Shown here: piece after piece, positions 27,676 through 38,983 of the stretch | How positions within the stretch are numbered: the stretch's first letter is position 1 | Layout of the letters: every line of letters starts with the position of its first letter | From: Burkholderiales bacterium | GTDB lineage: Bacteria > Pseudomonadota > Gammaproteobacteria > Burkholderiales > SG8-39 | DNA: 64,000 nucleotides | Assembly (NCBI GenBank): GCA_036555245.1 | Contig: DATBLP010000054.1 | Coordinates: 54,406-118,405 of the forward strand | Direction of reading: 5' to 3' | Notes under the pieces: model-generated | Seen by the model: only the letters and a program-made list of their open reading frames with translations | Databases searched by the model: none | Told to the model about the DNA's origin: nothing | Made by a program: the position numbers and the translations under genes

Positions 27676-29335
27676 ATACCGATTCCTTGAAGGGTTCGAT
27701 CCCGACGCGGCGCACGACGTCTATGAAACGCTCGCCTTCGCCGTGGCGCCGCGCGAGATAGCATCCGATCAGCCGCTCGATGACGTCGGGCACTTCGGCG
27801 CGCGCGAACGACGGTCCGATGACCTTGCCAAGCGAGGCGGCGACGCCCGGGCGGGTCTCGCCCTGGTTGCCGCCGATCTCAATCTGGTACCACTCCTCGC
27901 CACTCTTGTCGACGCCGAGAATGCCGATGTGGCCGACGTGATGATGCCCGCAGGCGTTCATGCAGCCGGAAATGTTGAGATCCAGCTCACCGATGTCATG
28001 GAGGTAATCGAGGTCGTCGAAACGCTGCTGGATGGCTTCGGCGACCGGGATCGACTTGGCATTGGCGAGCGAGCAGAAGTCCCCGCCGGGGCAGGAAATG
28101 ATGTTGGTGAGCAGTCCCAGGTTGGGAGTGGCGAGGCCGATCTCCCTCACGTCCCTCCAGAGCGCGTACAGATCCGATAAGCGCACGTCGGCAAAAATCA
28201 GGTTCTGCTCGTGCGAGACGCGCAGCTCGCCGAAGGAGTAACGGTCGGCGAGATCGGCGATCGCGTCCATCTGAACCGCCGTTACGTCGCCTGGAGGCAC
28301 GCCGGTCTTCTTGAGCGAGAGCGTAACCGCGGCGTAACCCGCGCGCTTGTGCGGAAAAACGTTGCGGGCATGCCAGCCTGCAAAGGTGCGGTCGGACGCC
28401 AGCGCCGCGCTCAAACGCGGGTCCGCCGCGGATAGCGCGGCGTAGGTCGGCCGAGTAAACCGGCTCTCGATGCGCGTGATTTCCTCGGCGATGAGCGTCG
28501 AAGGCCCGTCCTTCAGGTGCGCCCACTCAGCCTCCACGTCGTCTCTGAAATTCTCCTGGCCGCGTTCCTTCACGAGGATCTTAATGCGCGCCCGGTGGAT
28601 GTTATCGCGCCGGCCGAAGCGGTTGTAGACCCGCAGGATCGCCTCGAGGTAGGTCAGAAGATGTCTCCAAGGAAGGAACTCTCGAATTACAGACCCGATC
28701 ATCGGTGTACGGCCAAGGCCTCCACCCACGAGCACTTTGAACCCTGTCTCGCCGCGGGCGTCGCGCACGGCGTGCAAGCCGATGTCGTGCATCGCGACCG
28801 CCGCACGGTCGGATCTGGCGCCGTTCAGGGCAATCTTGAACTTGCGCGGAAGGTAGGAAAATTCCGGATGGAAGGTCGACCACTGCCGGATCACCTCGCA
28901 CCAGGCAAGTGAGTCCACTATCTCGTCGTGCGCAACACCGGCGAAATGGTCGGTGGTGATGTTGCGGAACGAGTTGCCCGAGGTCTGGATCGCGTGCATC
29001 TGCACGGTGGCGAGTTGGGCGAGGATATCGGGTACGTCTTCGAGCTTCGGCCAGTTGATCTGGAAGTTCTGACGCGTGCTGAAGTGGCCGTAGCCGCGGT
29101 CGTACTTGCGCGTTATATGCGCGAGCTTTTTCAGCTGCTTCGTCGAGAGCAGCCCATACGGAATCGCGATGCGCAGCATCGGCGCGTAACGCTGGATATA
29201 CAGGCCGTTGCGCAACCGCAGCGCCCGAAATTCGTCGTCGGAGAGCTTGCCCGCAAGAAAACGGCGCGTCTGATCGCGAAACTGGGCGACGCGCTCGTCA
29301 ATGAGCTTCTGGTCGATTTCGTCGTAGGTGTACAT
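27620..29335 (-). CDS. cysI: Sulfite reductase haemoprotein (sirohaem/[4Fe-4S] nitrite-sulfite reductase family)
   Basis: 571 aa. Cluster cysteines 'SCPGGDFC' and 'SGCMNACGHH', with a duplicated NIR_SIR ferredoxin-like half-domain pattern. Confidence 0.9.
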   Translation of the reverse strand: MYTYDEIDQKLIDERVAQFRDQTRRFLAGKLSDDEFRALRLRNGLYIQRYAPMLRIAIPYGLLSTKQLKKLAHITRKYDRGYGHFSTRQNFQINWPKLEDVPDILAQLATVQMHAIQTSGNSFRNITTDHFAGVAHDEIVDSLAWCEVIRQWSTFHPEFSYLPRKFKIALNGARSDRAAVAMHDIGLHAVRDARGETGFKVLVGGGLGRTPMIGSVIREFLPWRHLLTYLEAILRVYNRFGRRDNIHRARIKILVKERGQENFRDDVEAEWAHLKDGPSTLIAEEITRIESRFTRPTYAALSAADPRLSAALASDRTFAGWHARNVFPHKRAGYAAVTLSLKKTGVPPGDVTAVQMDAIADLADRYSFGELRVSHEQNLIFADVRLSDLYALWRDVREIGLATPNLGLLTNIISCPGGDFCSLANAKSIPVAEAIQQRFDDLDYLHDIGELDLNISGCMNACGHHHVGHIGILGVDKSGEEWYQIEIGGNQGETRPGVAASLGKVIGPSFARAEVPDVIERLIGCYLARRHGEGERFIDVVRRVGIEPFKESVYGKADQRSAHRRRQLAAA

Positions 29336-29399
29336 GGTCGTGTGGAAGGGGCTTGCCGCCGATAAGCTGAAGTGGCCTGACGAGGAGGATGCATGCTAA

Positions 29400-29469
29400 G
29401 CTCTGGCCCTAATACCTCAAAAGACTTTTAAATTAGGATTTAATAACCTGTAGGTATTTTAATAAGGCT
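29400..29469. promoter_or_regulatory. AT-rich divergent cysI/cysB control region with inverted repeats (candidate LysR/CysB sites)
   Basis: CCTAAT..ATTAGG and AATACCT..AGGTATT inverted repeats occur in the only strongly AT-rich stretch nearby. Assignment of the binding protein is inference. Confidence 0.3.
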
Positions 29470-30411
29470 ATGAATTTCCAGCAGTTGCGCTACATCCGTG
29501 AGACGGTCAGGCAGGGGCTCAACCTCACTGAGGCGGCGAAAAAACTCTTCACGTCGCAGCCTGGCGTGTCGAAGCAGATTCGCGAGCTGGAAAACGAGCT
29601 TGGCGTCGAGATCTTCGTTCGTAACGGTAAGCGCATCACCTCGCTCACCGAACCGGGCCGGGCAGTGGTTGAGGTGATCGAGCATTTGCTGCAGGAAGCC
29701 GAGAACCTAAAGCAGGTGGGGCGCGAGTTCCGCGACCAGGCGGCGGGCACGCTCGCGATAGCAACAACGCACACGCAGGCGCGTTACTCTTTGCCGAGGG
29801 TCATCAGCGCCTTCAAGGAGCGCTATCCGAGGGTGCACCTCACGATCAAGCAGGGCAATCCGCCGCAGCTCGTCGAGATGGTGATCGCGGGGGAGGCCGA
29901 CATAGCGATTGCCACTGAAGCGCTCGACCAGTATCCGAAGCTGCTAGCCCTTCCCGGCTACCAGTGGCATCACTGCATCGTCGCGCCGCCGAAGCATCCG
30001 CTTCTGAAGGAAAAACGCGTGACCCTAGACGCGTTGGCGAGGTTCCCCATCGTTACATACGATCCGGCGTTCGCCGGGCGCGGTCGTGTCGACGAGGCTT
30101 TTCGGGCTCAGGGACTCGCGCCCGACATCGTTCTATCCGCCGTCGACTCCGACGTTATCAAGACGTACGTGGAGCTGGGTCTGGGGATCGGCATCGTCTC
30201 CACAGTCGCCTTCGACGAGAAGCGCGACCGGTTCCTGCGCGCGATCGATGCCGGACACCTGTTTGGGAACATGACGACCCGCGTTGCGGTACGGCGCGGC
30301 GCAGCGCTACGAGGTTTTGCCTATACTTTCATCGAGCTGTTCTCGCCGGCGCTGACGAAAAAGCTGATCGACACGGCGCTCGCCGGAAAAGGGGAGATGT
30401 ACGAGCTCTAG
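29470..30411 (+). CDS. cysB: LysR-family regulator, CysB/Cbl-like
   Basis: 'MNFQQLRYI.E......NLTEAAKKLFTSQPGVSKQIRELENELGVEIF' is close to the CysB N-terminus. It is divergent from the sulfite-reductase genes. Confidence 0.85.
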   Translation: MNFQQLRYIRETVRQGLNLTEAAKKLFTSQPGVSKQIRELENELGVEIFVRNGKRITSLTEPGRAVVEVIEHLLQEAENLKQVGREFRDQAAGTLAIATTHTQARYSLPRVISAFKERYPRVHLTIKQGNPPQLVEMVIAGEADIAIATEALDQYPKLLALPGYQWHHCIVAPPKHPLLKEKRVTLDALARFPIVTYDPAFAGRGRVDEAFRAQGLAPDIVLSAVDSDVIKTYVELGLGIGIVSTVAFDEKRDRFLRAIDAGHLFGNMTTRVAVRRGAALRGFAYTFIELFSPALTKKLIDTALAGKGEMYEL

Positions 30412-31097
30412 TCGCCGCTCGGCGCGATGCGGAAGGCGATAATCGAAGGCAGGGCGTTGAGTGCTTCGGAAAGGTGACGCGTATTGCCCCGCTCAGGGGA
30501 GTGGATCACCATCTGATATTCAAAAATCTTCCCGTCGCCAGTGACGCAGTAGTTCATATTGGCGACGGCAAAGCCCTGCCTTTCCACAATCCCTCGCAGC
30601 TCCGCTTCGGCCAATGTCGCGCTTCGCACAAACCCCACCGTAAGATTGGCGTAGAACTCGATCGGCATCCTCCGCTCGATCCAGCGGAACACGGACAGCA
30701 CAATGAGTGTAAGGGCGGTCGAGATTCCAGCAGGAAAGTAGAAACCGATGCCGATCATGATGCCGATCGCGGCGGTGATCCAGATCGAGGCGGCAGTGGT
30801 GAGGCCGCGCACCGTGAGGCCTTCTCTCATAATCACGCCGGCGCCGAGGAAACCGATGCCGGTCATGATGCCCTGCGCCATGCGGGTCGGGTCGACGCTG
30901 ATGCGCTCCAGGGAATATGCAGAGAACCACGTGTCCTGGTATACGGTCACGATCATCAGCATGCAGGACGAAAGGCACACCAGAGCATGCGTGCGAAAAC
31001 CTGCGGGGCGGCCGTGATAGCTGCGCTCCAGGCCGATGATACCGCCCGCCCCAAGCGCTATGACAAGGTGCAGCGCGATTTGCGCGTATTGTTCCAT
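30408..31097 (-). CDS. MgtC/SapB-family membrane protein
   Basis: 'GGIIGLERSYHGRPAGFRTHALVC' MgtC signature with a C-terminal ACT-like domain. ATG at 31097. Confidence 0.8.
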   Translation of the reverse strand: MEQYAQIALHLVIALGAGGIIGLERSYHGRPAGFRTHALVCLSSCMLMIVTVYQDTWFSAYSLERISVDPTRMAQGIMTGIGFLGAGVIMREGLTVRGLTTAASIWITAAIGIMIGIGFYFPAGISTALTLIVLSVFRWIERRMPIEFYANLTVGFVRSATLAEAELRGIVERQGFAVANMNYCVTGDGKIFEYQMVIHSPERGNTRHLSEALNALPSIIAFRIAPSGD

Positions 31098-31309
31098 ATC
31101 GAGCTCATCGCCACGTCTAGAGGGTCGCACCCATCATCGTGACGAAAAGACCTTATACCCGCCCTGAATCCAATAGAGCGTCATGCGCTGGAGCCGCAAG
31201 ACGTCGCATCAGCGTTTGCCTGCAAGCACTGCGCCACGGAACGTGGCTGTCCGTGCCTCTCTAGGATACCGCCGCAGCCCGGGGGCGGCCAGCCGGCGGG
31301 CCTATTCTG

Positions 31310-32749
31310 CTAGTACCGATAGTGGTCGGACTTGTACGGCCCTGCCTTGGGAACGCCGACATAGCGCGCCTGTGCATCGCTCAACTCCGTGAGCATCGCG
31401 CCGAGCTTCTTCAGCTGCAGCCGCGCAACCTTTTCGTCGAGGTGCTTGGGCAGGATGTACACGCCAAGCGGGTACTTGTTCGAATTCTTCTGGGCCTCAG
31501 TCCAAAGCTCGATCTGAGCGATCGTCTGGTTGGCAAAGGACGAGCTCATTACATAGGACGGATGCCCGGTCCCGCAGCCGAGGTTCACCAGGCGTCCTTC
31601 GGCGAGCAGGATGATGCGCTTGCCGTCGGGGAAGATGATGTGATCCACCTGCGGCTTGATGTTTTCCCACTTGTATTTCTTGAGGGCGGCCACGTCGATC
31701 TCGTTGTCGAAATGGCCTATGTTGCACACGATCGCCTGGTTCTTCATCTTCTTCATGTGCTCGTGCGTGATCACATGGAAATTGCCGGTGGCGGTGACGA
31801 AGATGTCCGCCTTGTCGCAGGCGTAGTCCATGGTGACCACGCGGTAGCCTTCCATTGAGGCCTGCAAGGCGCAGATGGGATCGATTTCGGTCACCCACAC
31901 CTGCGCGGACAGCGCGCGCAGGGCCTGCGCGCTGCCCTTGCCCACGTCGCCGTAGCCGCACACTAAGGCAACTTTCCCCGCGATCATGACGTCGGTCGCA
32001 CGTTTGATTCCGTCCACGAGCGATTCCCGGCAACCGTATAGATTGTCGAACTTCGACTTGGTTACCGAGTCATTGACGTTGATGGCCGGGAATTTCAGCC
32101 GGCCTTCCTTCGCCATCTGGTACAGGCGCTTTACTCCGGTCGTGGTTTCCTCCGTGACGCCCTTGATCTGCGCGATGCGCTTGGAGTACCAGCCGGGCTG
32201 TGCCGCCAGGCGCTTCTTGATGGCGGCGAAGAGGGCTGTTTCCTCCTCGCTGGTGGGATGCGCGACCACCGAGGGGTCCGTTTCCGCTTTGGCGCCGAGG
32301 TGAAGCAGCAACGTGGCGTCGCCTCCGTCGTCGAGGATCATGTTGGCGAACTTGCCTGCGCTTTCGGGCCACTCAAAGATCTTGTGGGTGAACTCCCAGT
32401 ATTCCTCAAGCGACTCGCCCTTGTAGGCAAATACCGGCGTCCCGCCCGCGGCGACCGCGGCGGCGGCATGGTCCTGCGTCGAGTAGATGTTGCAGGAAGC
32501 CCAGCGCACTTCCGCACCGAGCGCCTTCAGCGTCTCGATCAGCACGGCAGTCTGGATCGTCATGTGCAACGAACCCGCGATACGCGCGCCGCGAAGCGGC
32601 TGCAGCGCCGCGTACTCTTCGCGAATCGCCATGAGACCGGGCATCTCCGTCTCGGCGATGGCGATTTCCTTGCGCCCCCAATCAGACAGCGCGAGGTCGG
32701 CGACGCGGTAATCGGTAAAGCCCTTGGACTGCGGTACGGCACTCATCAC
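31310..32749 (-). CDS. ahcY: Adenosylhomocysteinase
   Basis: 479 aa. '[17 protein letters not shown]', 'ILDDGGDAT', 'GYGDVGKG' NAD motif, and 'SDHYRY' C-terminus. Confidence 0.95.
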   Translation of the reverse strand: MMSAVPQSKGFTDYRVADLALSDWGRKEIAIAETEMPGLMAIREEYAALQPLRGARIAGSLHMTIQTAVLIETLKALGAEVRWASCNIYSTQDHAAAAVAAGGTPVFAYKGESLEEYWEFTHKIFEWPESAGKFANMILDDGGDATLLLHLGAKAETDPSVVAHPTSEEETALFAAIKKRLAAQPGWYSKRIAQIKGVTEETTTGVKRLYQMAKEGRLKFPAINVNDSVTKSKFDNLYGCRESLVDGIKRATDVMIAGKVALVCGYGDVGKGSAQALRALSAQVWVTEIDPICALQASMEGYRVVTMDYACDKADIFVTATGNFHVITHEHMKKMKNQAIVCNIGHFDNEIDVAALKKYKWENIKPQVDHIIFPDGKRIILLAEGRLVNLGCGTGHPSYVMSSSFANQTIAQIELWTEAQKNSNKYPLGVYILPKHLDEKVARLQLKKLGAMLTELSDAQARYVGVPKAGPYKSDHYRY

Positions 32750-32776
32750 GCCCTCCTTTCAATTTCGAAAAAAGTT

Positions 32777-32848
32777 CGTGAGCGCCGTTTTGCGGTGACA
32801 CCCCGAGCCTGGCAAGTCTGGCGACCCGTTGCAACGCTCCTCGGGGAG
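32777..32848 (-). promoter_or_regulatory. SAH riboswitch (S-adenosylhomocysteine-responsive) in the ahcY 5' leader
   Basis: The minus strand reads CCGAGGAGCGUUGCAACGGGUCGCCAGACUUGCCAGGCUCGGGGUGUCACCGCAAAACGGCGCUCACG. This matches the conserved GAGGAGCG..GCCAGGCUCGG..ACGGCGCUCAC core. The AAGGAGGG SD and the ATG follow about 25 nt later. Confidence 0.85.
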
Positions 32849-32940
32849 ACCTGAATTGTACCTAGTGGACGCCTCCGGCGCCAAGGGTCCGGCTGGCCCC
32901 ACAACCGTTTCGCGCGGCCCTCCTGTCCTGCAAGTCGTGC

Positions 32941-34128
<1,188 letters not shown>

Positions 34129-34221
34129 GCTGGTGGAATTCCCTGCGAAAAAAGACGTGCAAGTCTAGCACAGCACTCGGGCGTATCGAACCCACTCCTA
34201 TCCCACATTCGTCCCACTTAC

Positions 34222-35073
34222 ATGCTATTCCTGCTGCGGCTGGTGGCGCGCCTTCCCCTGCCGCTGCTGCACGCCGCGGGTGTCGCGCTCGGCTGGATGG
34301 TTTACCTGCTCTCCCCGCGCTACCGGAGGATCATCGGGTCCAATCTCGACACTGCGGGCCTGGGTGGATTTCGTTTTTGCTCGGCGGTGATCGCCGAATG
34401 CGGCAAGGCCGTGCTGGAGGTTCCGGCGGTCTGGCTGCGGACGCATGCGCGCGCGGCCGAACTCGTGGTCGAGGTCCACGGATGGGAACACGTCGACAAG
34501 TCCGTGAAGTTGGGCAAGGGCATCATCGTGGTGACTCCGCACCTGGGTTGCTGGGAGATGGTGGGGCAGTATTTCAGCAGCCGCATTCCGATGACCGTGA
34601 TGTACAGTCCGCCGAAGCTGCGCGTGCTCGAGCCCTTGATGCGAGCTGGCCGGGAACGGGGCGTCGCCATGAGAAGCGTTCCAGCCGACCTCTCGGGCGT
34701 ACGCGCCCTGCTCAAGGCGCTCAGACGCGGCGAGGCGATCGGAATGCTGCCCGATCAGGTTCCTGGCACGGGCGAAGGCGAGTGGGCGGAGTTCTTCGGC
34801 AGACCCGCCTATACCATGACGCTGCTGGGGCGGCTCGCGGAACAAACGGGCGCACCGGCGCTGCTATGCAGCGCGGAGCGGCTACCGTGGGGGCGCGGCT
34901 ACCGGTTTGTCGTCGATCTCTTGCCGGGTCCTCGCCCGTCCGAATCGCCGGCGCGCGCGCTCAATCGCTCGCTCGAACAGATGATCCGCAGTCGTCCGGA
35001 GCAATACCTGTGGAGCTACAACCGCTACAAGGTGCCGGCCGGGGTACAGCCTCCTGCAGTGGAACACCAATGA
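34222..35073 (+). CDS. lpxL: Lipid A biosynthesis lauroyl/late acyltransferase (LpxL/HtrB family)
   Basis: 'TPHLGCWE' (H-x4-E active site) and 'LPDQVP'. ATG at 34222 within the longer track ORF. Confidence 0.85.
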   Translation: MLFLLRLVARLPLPLLHAAGVALGWMVYLLSPRYRRIIGSNLDTAGLGGFRFCSAVIAECGKAVLEVPAVWLRTHARAAELVVEVHGWEHVDKSVKLGKGIIVVTPHLGCWEMVGQYFSSRIPMTVMYSPPKLRVLEPLMRAGRERGVAMRSVPADLSGVRALLKALRRGEAIGMLPDQVPGTGEGEWAEFFGRPAYTMTLLGRLAEQTGAPALLCSAERLPWGRGYRFVVDLLPGPRPSESPARALNRSLEQMIRSRPEQYLWSYNRYKVPAGVQPPAVEHQ

Positions 35074-35080
35074 GGGCATC

Positions 35081-35950
35081 TTGCTAACGCGCCTGGCGGT
35101 CGCCCTGGTGTGGCCGCTGCACTTCCTCCCGCTGTTCCTGCTCGCGCCGATCGGCTCGGCTCTGGGCCGGCTGCTCTATTTCCTCGGGCGGGAGCGCCGC
35201 AACGTCTGCCTGGTCAACCTCGCGCGCTGCTTCCCGGACAGGCCGGAGGCGGAACGCGTCGCGCTCGCCAAAGCGCATTTTCGCGCCTTCGGCAGAAGCA
35301 TTCTCGAGCGCGCGATCCTGTGGTGGGCTTCCCGCGAGCGCATCATGCGTCTGGTGCGGGTGATCGGGCTGGAACGGATTCATGCGCTCAAGGGCCAGCC
35401 GCTGATCCTGCTCGCACCGCATTTCGTGGGCCTGGACGCAGGCTGCACCCGCCTCACTTGCGAGATAGACATGGCGGGCATTTACTCGAAACAAAAGAAC
35501 CCGCTCGTCAATACCTTGCTCCTCTCGGGTCGGACGCGATTCGGGCGCCAGCGAGCCATCTCCAGGCAGGAAGGCGTGCGGCCGGCGCTTGCCGCTCTCA
35601 AAGAGGGCATTCCGTTCTACTATCTGCCGGACCTCGACTATGGCCCGCGCGACGCGATCTTCGTCCCGTTCTTCGGGGTTCCCGCCGCAACCATCACCGG
35701 ACTTTCGCGCATGACGCGAATGACCGGCGCGCGCATCCTGCCTTGCGTGACGCGGATGCTTCCCGGCGGCTCGGGCTACGAGCTGCACTGTCTTCCCGTG
35801 TGGGAGAACTACCCGAGCGGGGACGAAGCCGCCGATGCGCGCAGGATGAACGCCTTCATCGAGGAGCGGGTGCGAGAAGCGCCCGAGCAGTACTTCTGGA
35901 CGCACAAGCGCTTCAAGACGCGGCCTCCGGGAGAGGCAAAGTGGTACTAG
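35081..35950 (+). CDS. Second lipid A late acyltransferase (LpxL/LpxM family paralogue)
   Basis: 'APHFVGLD' (H-x4-D), 'YLPDLDYG', '[14 protein letters not shown]'. TTG start after GAGGG. Confidence 0.8.
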   Translation: MLTRLAVALVWPLHFLPLFLLAPIGSALGRLLYFLGRERRNVCLVNLARCFPDRPEAERVALAKAHFRAFGRSILERAILWWASRERIMRLVRVIGLERIHALKGQPLILLAPHFVGLDAGCTRLTCEIDMAGIYSKQKNPLVNTLLLSGRTRFGRQRAISRQEGVRPALAALKEGIPFYYLPDLDYGPRDAIFVPFFGVPAATITGLSRMTRMTGARILPCVTRMLPGGSGYELHCLPVWENYPSGDEAADARRMNAFIEERVREAPEQYFWTHKRFKTRPPGEAKWY

Positions 35951-35975
35951 GCAAGGTCGGCCAAAGCACGCGCCC

Positions 35976-36863
35976 GTGCGCAAGATGAGACTGAAATTTA
36001 CGAAGATGCAGGGTGCCGGCAACGACTTTGTCGTGTTGGACGGCGTCAGCAGGCGCGTTGATGTCACGCCGCAGCTCGCCCGGCGCTTGGCGGACCGTCA
36101 CTTCGGCGTCGGTTGCGACCAGATATTGCTCGTGGAAAAACCGGAACGCAGCGACGCCGATTTCCGCTACCGCATCTGGAACGCCGACGGCGGCGAAGTC
36201 GAGCAATGCGGCAACGGCGCACGCTGTTTCGTGCGCTTCGTGCACCAAAAAGGGTTGACGAGAAGAACCGAGATTCGCGTCGAGACGCTCTCCGGCGTAA
36301 TCGCTCCGCGCCTGGAGGCAGACGGACAGGTGAGCGTGGAAATGGGCGCGCCGATCTTTGAGCCCGACCGCGTGCCTTTCGATACCTCGGGAATTGCACC
36401 AATTCGAAAAATCCCCCCCGACCCCCCTTTGACAAGGGGGGGGTCGTGGCCGCTGGAAGTCGCAGGACACACAATCCAAGTTGCGGTGCTCTCCATGGGC
36501 AACCCGCACGCGGTGCAGACAGTCGCAGATGTGAACCTCGCACCGGTCGCGGCCGAAGGCCCCCTGATCGAGCGGCACGTTCGCTTTCCGCAGCGCGCAA
36601 ACGCCGGATACATGCAGGTGCTAGACCGCGGGCACATTCGCCTGCGCGTCTGGGAGCGCGGGGCGGGCGAAACCCTTGCCTGCGGCACCGGGGCTTGCGC
36701 TGCGGTCGCGGCGGGAATCTGTGAGGGACTGCTCGACGCAAAGGTCCGGGTCGCGACGCGCGGTGGGGAATTGACGATAAGCTGGGCGGGCGGGGAGAAT
36801 CCGGTCTGGATGACCGGACCTGCCGTCGCGGTGTTCGAAGGGGAGATCGAAGTTGAAAGCTGA
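35976..36863 (+). CDS. dapF: Diaminopimelate epimerase
   Basis: '[13 protein letters not shown]', 'CGNGARC', 'SMGNPHAV', '[16 protein letters not shown]'. The start may be the ATG at 35985 (MRLKFTKM). Confidence 0.92.
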   Translation: MRKMRLKFTKMQGAGNDFVVLDGVSRRVDVTPQLARRLADRHFGVGCDQILLVEKPERSDADFRYRIWNADGGEVEQCGNGARCFVRFVHQKGLTRRTEIRVETLSGVIAPRLEADGQVSVEMGAPIFEPDRVPFDTSGIAPIRKIPPDPPLTRGGSWPLEVAGHTIQVAVLSMGNPHAVQTVADVNLAPVAAEGPLIERHVRFPQRANAGYMQVLDRGHIRLRVWERGAGETLACGTGACAAVAAGICEGLLDAKVRVATRGGELTISWAGGENPVWMTGPAVAVFEGEIEVES

Positions 36864-37491
36864 AGACATTGCCCGCTATCTTCGGGAGAATCCCGCCTTC
36901 TTCGAACAGTACGCCGACATGCTCGCCGAGATATATATTCCCCACCCGCACGGCGGGCGTGCCATTCCGCTCTCGGACAGGCAGGTGCTGACCCTGCGTG
37001 AAAGAAACCGGGTGCTCGAATCGCGACTCGGCGAGCTGCTGCAGATTGGCGAGGAAAACGACGCGATCGGCGAAAAGATGCATCGGTTGTGCCTGGCCCT
37101 TCTTCTTTCGAAGGACTGGAACAGCCTGCTCTCGCTTCTCTACTTGCACTTGCGAGAAGACTTCGCCGTGCCGCACTCGGCGCTCAGAATCTGGGGCGGA
37201 GCGGGGGAAGGGGCGGAGTTCCAGCCCGTCGACGACGATCTGAAACAATACACCGCCTCGCTGACCGAGCCTTTTTGCGGACCGAGCGGCAATTCGCGGG
37301 CCGCAGCCTGGTTCGGAGAAGGGGCCTCGCACGTGCGCTCGGTTGCGCTGATGGCTCTGCGCGACAAGGAATGCTTCGGCATGCTCGCCTTGGGGAGCGA
37401 GGACGCATCGCGCTTCTATCCGGAAATGGGCACGCTCTATCTGAAGCGCCTCGGTGAACTCGCGAGTGCGGCGCTGACGCGGCTTCTTTAG
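36853..37491 (+). CDS. DUF484-family protein
   Basis: '[19 protein letters not shown]' N-terminus plus a GAF-like C-terminal half. This is the canonical position between dapF and xerC. TTG start overlaps the dapF end. Confidence 0.8.
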   Translation: MKAEDIARYLRENPAFFEQYADMLAEIYIPHPHGGRAIPLSDRQVLTLRERNRVLESRLGELLQIGEENDAIGEKMHRLCLALLLSKDWNSLLSLLYLHLREDFAVPHSALRIWGGAGEGAEFQPVDDDLKQYTASLTEPFCGPSGNSRAAAWFGEGASHVRSVALMALRDKECFGMLALGSEDASRFYPEMGTLYLKRLGELASAALTRLL

Positions 37492-37508
37492 CGGGCGGGC
37501 AGACGGGG

Positions 37509-38435
37509 ATGAAAGCGCGCGATCCCCGCCGCGATTCGCTCGACGAGTTCCTCGGGCAGCTTGCGCACCAGCGGCGGCTGAGCGCGGGGACCGCGCGCAA
37601 CTACCGGCATGCGGTGGAGCAGTTGTTCGCGCTGAACGAGGGCGTGGCTCTGGAGGAGATCGACGCACAGCGCATACGCCGCGGCGTATCACAGCTACAC
37701 GCGCGCGGCGTGTCGGGCCGCACTATCGCCTACGTGCTGTCCGGATGGCGCGGGTTCTTCCGCTGGCTCGTCAGGCATCGCGGGTTTGCGCACAATCCCT
37801 GCGTCGGCATTCGGCCGCCGAAAAGCCCCAAGACCCTCCCCAAGGCCCTTTCCCCCGATGCGATGTCGCAACTGCTCGACGCGGAGGCAGCCGGGCCCGC
37901 GCAGGTGCGCGACAAGGCGATGTTCGAGCTGTTCTATTCGTCGGGGCTTCGGCTCGCCGAACTCGTGAGCCTCGACCTCCCCGACGGCGCAGACATGCTG
38001 CGACACGCCGAAGTAACCGTAACCGGCAAGGGCGCTAAGACGCGCACCGTGCCCGTAGGAAGCCGGGCCTGCACCGCGGTGAAGGCATGGATCGAGGAAC
38101 GCACGGCGCTGGCGCTACCCGCCGAGCCTGCCCTCTTTGTTGGAGCACGCGGCGCGCGCATAGCCCCGAGCTCGGTGCGCCACGCCCTCGCTCAGTGGGC
38201 GCGGCGACTTGGGCTTCCGCAGCACGTTCACCCGCACATGCTGCGGCACTCCTTTGCCACTCACGTACTGCAATCCTCGGGCGATCTGCGGGCAGTGCAG
38301 GAGATGCTCGGGCACTCGAGCATCTCGACGACTCAGGTGTATACGCACCTCGACTTCCAGCACCTCGCGAAAGCCTATGACGCGGCGCACCCGCGGGCGA
38401 AAAGGAAAATGCCGATCGCGGTGAAGAAGCCGTGA
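37509..38435 (+). CDS. xerC: Tyrosine recombinase XerC
   Basis: 'RDKAMFELFYSSGLRLAEL', 'HPHMLRHSFATHVL', 'LGHSSISTTQVYTH' (R-H-R-Y catalytic set). Confidence 0.9.
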   Translation: MKARDPRRDSLDEFLGQLAHQRRLSAGTARNYRHAVEQLFALNEGVALEEIDAQRIRRGVSQLHARGVSGRTIAYVLSGWRGFFRWLVRHRGFAHNPCVGIRPPKSPKTLPKALSPDAMSQLLDAEAAGPAQVRDKAMFELFYSSGLRLAELVSLDLPDGADMLRHAEVTVTGKGAKTRTVPVGSRACTAVKAWIEERTALALPAEPALFVGARGARIAPSSVRHALAQWARRLGLPQHVHPHMLRHSFATHVLQSSGDLRAVQEMLGHSSISTTQVYTHLDFQHLAKAYDAAHPRAKRKMPIAVKKP

Positions 38436-38983
38436 GCGACACGCCTGTCGCAGGTATTCCGGCGCCGAGGGAGCTCTTTCTGCGATTTACGCAGGTCTCG
38501 CTGTCCGGATTCGGCGGCGTCATGCCGTTTGCTCGCAGGATGCTGGTCGAGGAGCGCCGCTGGCTGAGCGCCGAGGAATTCACCGATGTGCTCAGTCTGT
38601 GCCAACTGCTTCCCGGGCCGAACATCGTCAATGTCGCTGTCTGCGTCGGGGCACGCTACCACGGCATTTACGGCGCCCTTGCCGCGTTTGCAGGCTTGAT
38701 GACCGCGCCCTTCTTCACCATTCTCATGCTGGGCGCGCTCTACACTCACTACGGCCATCTTCCGGCGGTGTCGGCGCTCTTTCGCGGGGTTTCGGCCGCG
38801 GCTGCGGGTCTCATCGTTGCGATGGGTCTCAAGATGGCGGCGAGCCGGCGCCTGCGCTCGGCGATGGCTCTGTTTGCTGTGGTCGCTTTCTTCGGCATTG
38901 CGCTCGTACGGCTGCCACTCATCGTTCTCCTGATTGCGGTTGCGCCGCTGAGCGTCGCCGCGACCTTCTGGAGAACCAAGTGA
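38432..38983 (+). CDS. chrA: Short-chain chromate ion transporter (CHR) family protein, first half-size paralogue
   Basis: 'FGGVMPFARRMLVEERRWLSAEEFTDVLSLCQLLPGPN' is the CHR signature. GTG start with a 4-nt overlap onto xerC. Confidence 0.8.
   Translation: MSDTPVAGIPAPRELFLRFTQVSLSGFGGVMPFARRMLVEERRWLSAEEFTDVLSLCQLLPGPNIVNVAVCVGARYHGIYGALAAFAGLMTAPFFTILMLGALYTHYGHLPAVSALFRGVSAAAAGLIVAMGLKMAASRRLRSAMALFAVVAFFGIALVRLPLIVLLIAVAPLSVAATFWRTK

Noticed and set aside
27693-27703. tRNA T-arm-like string GGTTCGATCCC
   Set aside because: It lies inside the cysI coding sequence, and no acceptor, D or anticodon arms can be built around it. I recognised no tRNA or rRNA genes anywhere in the window.
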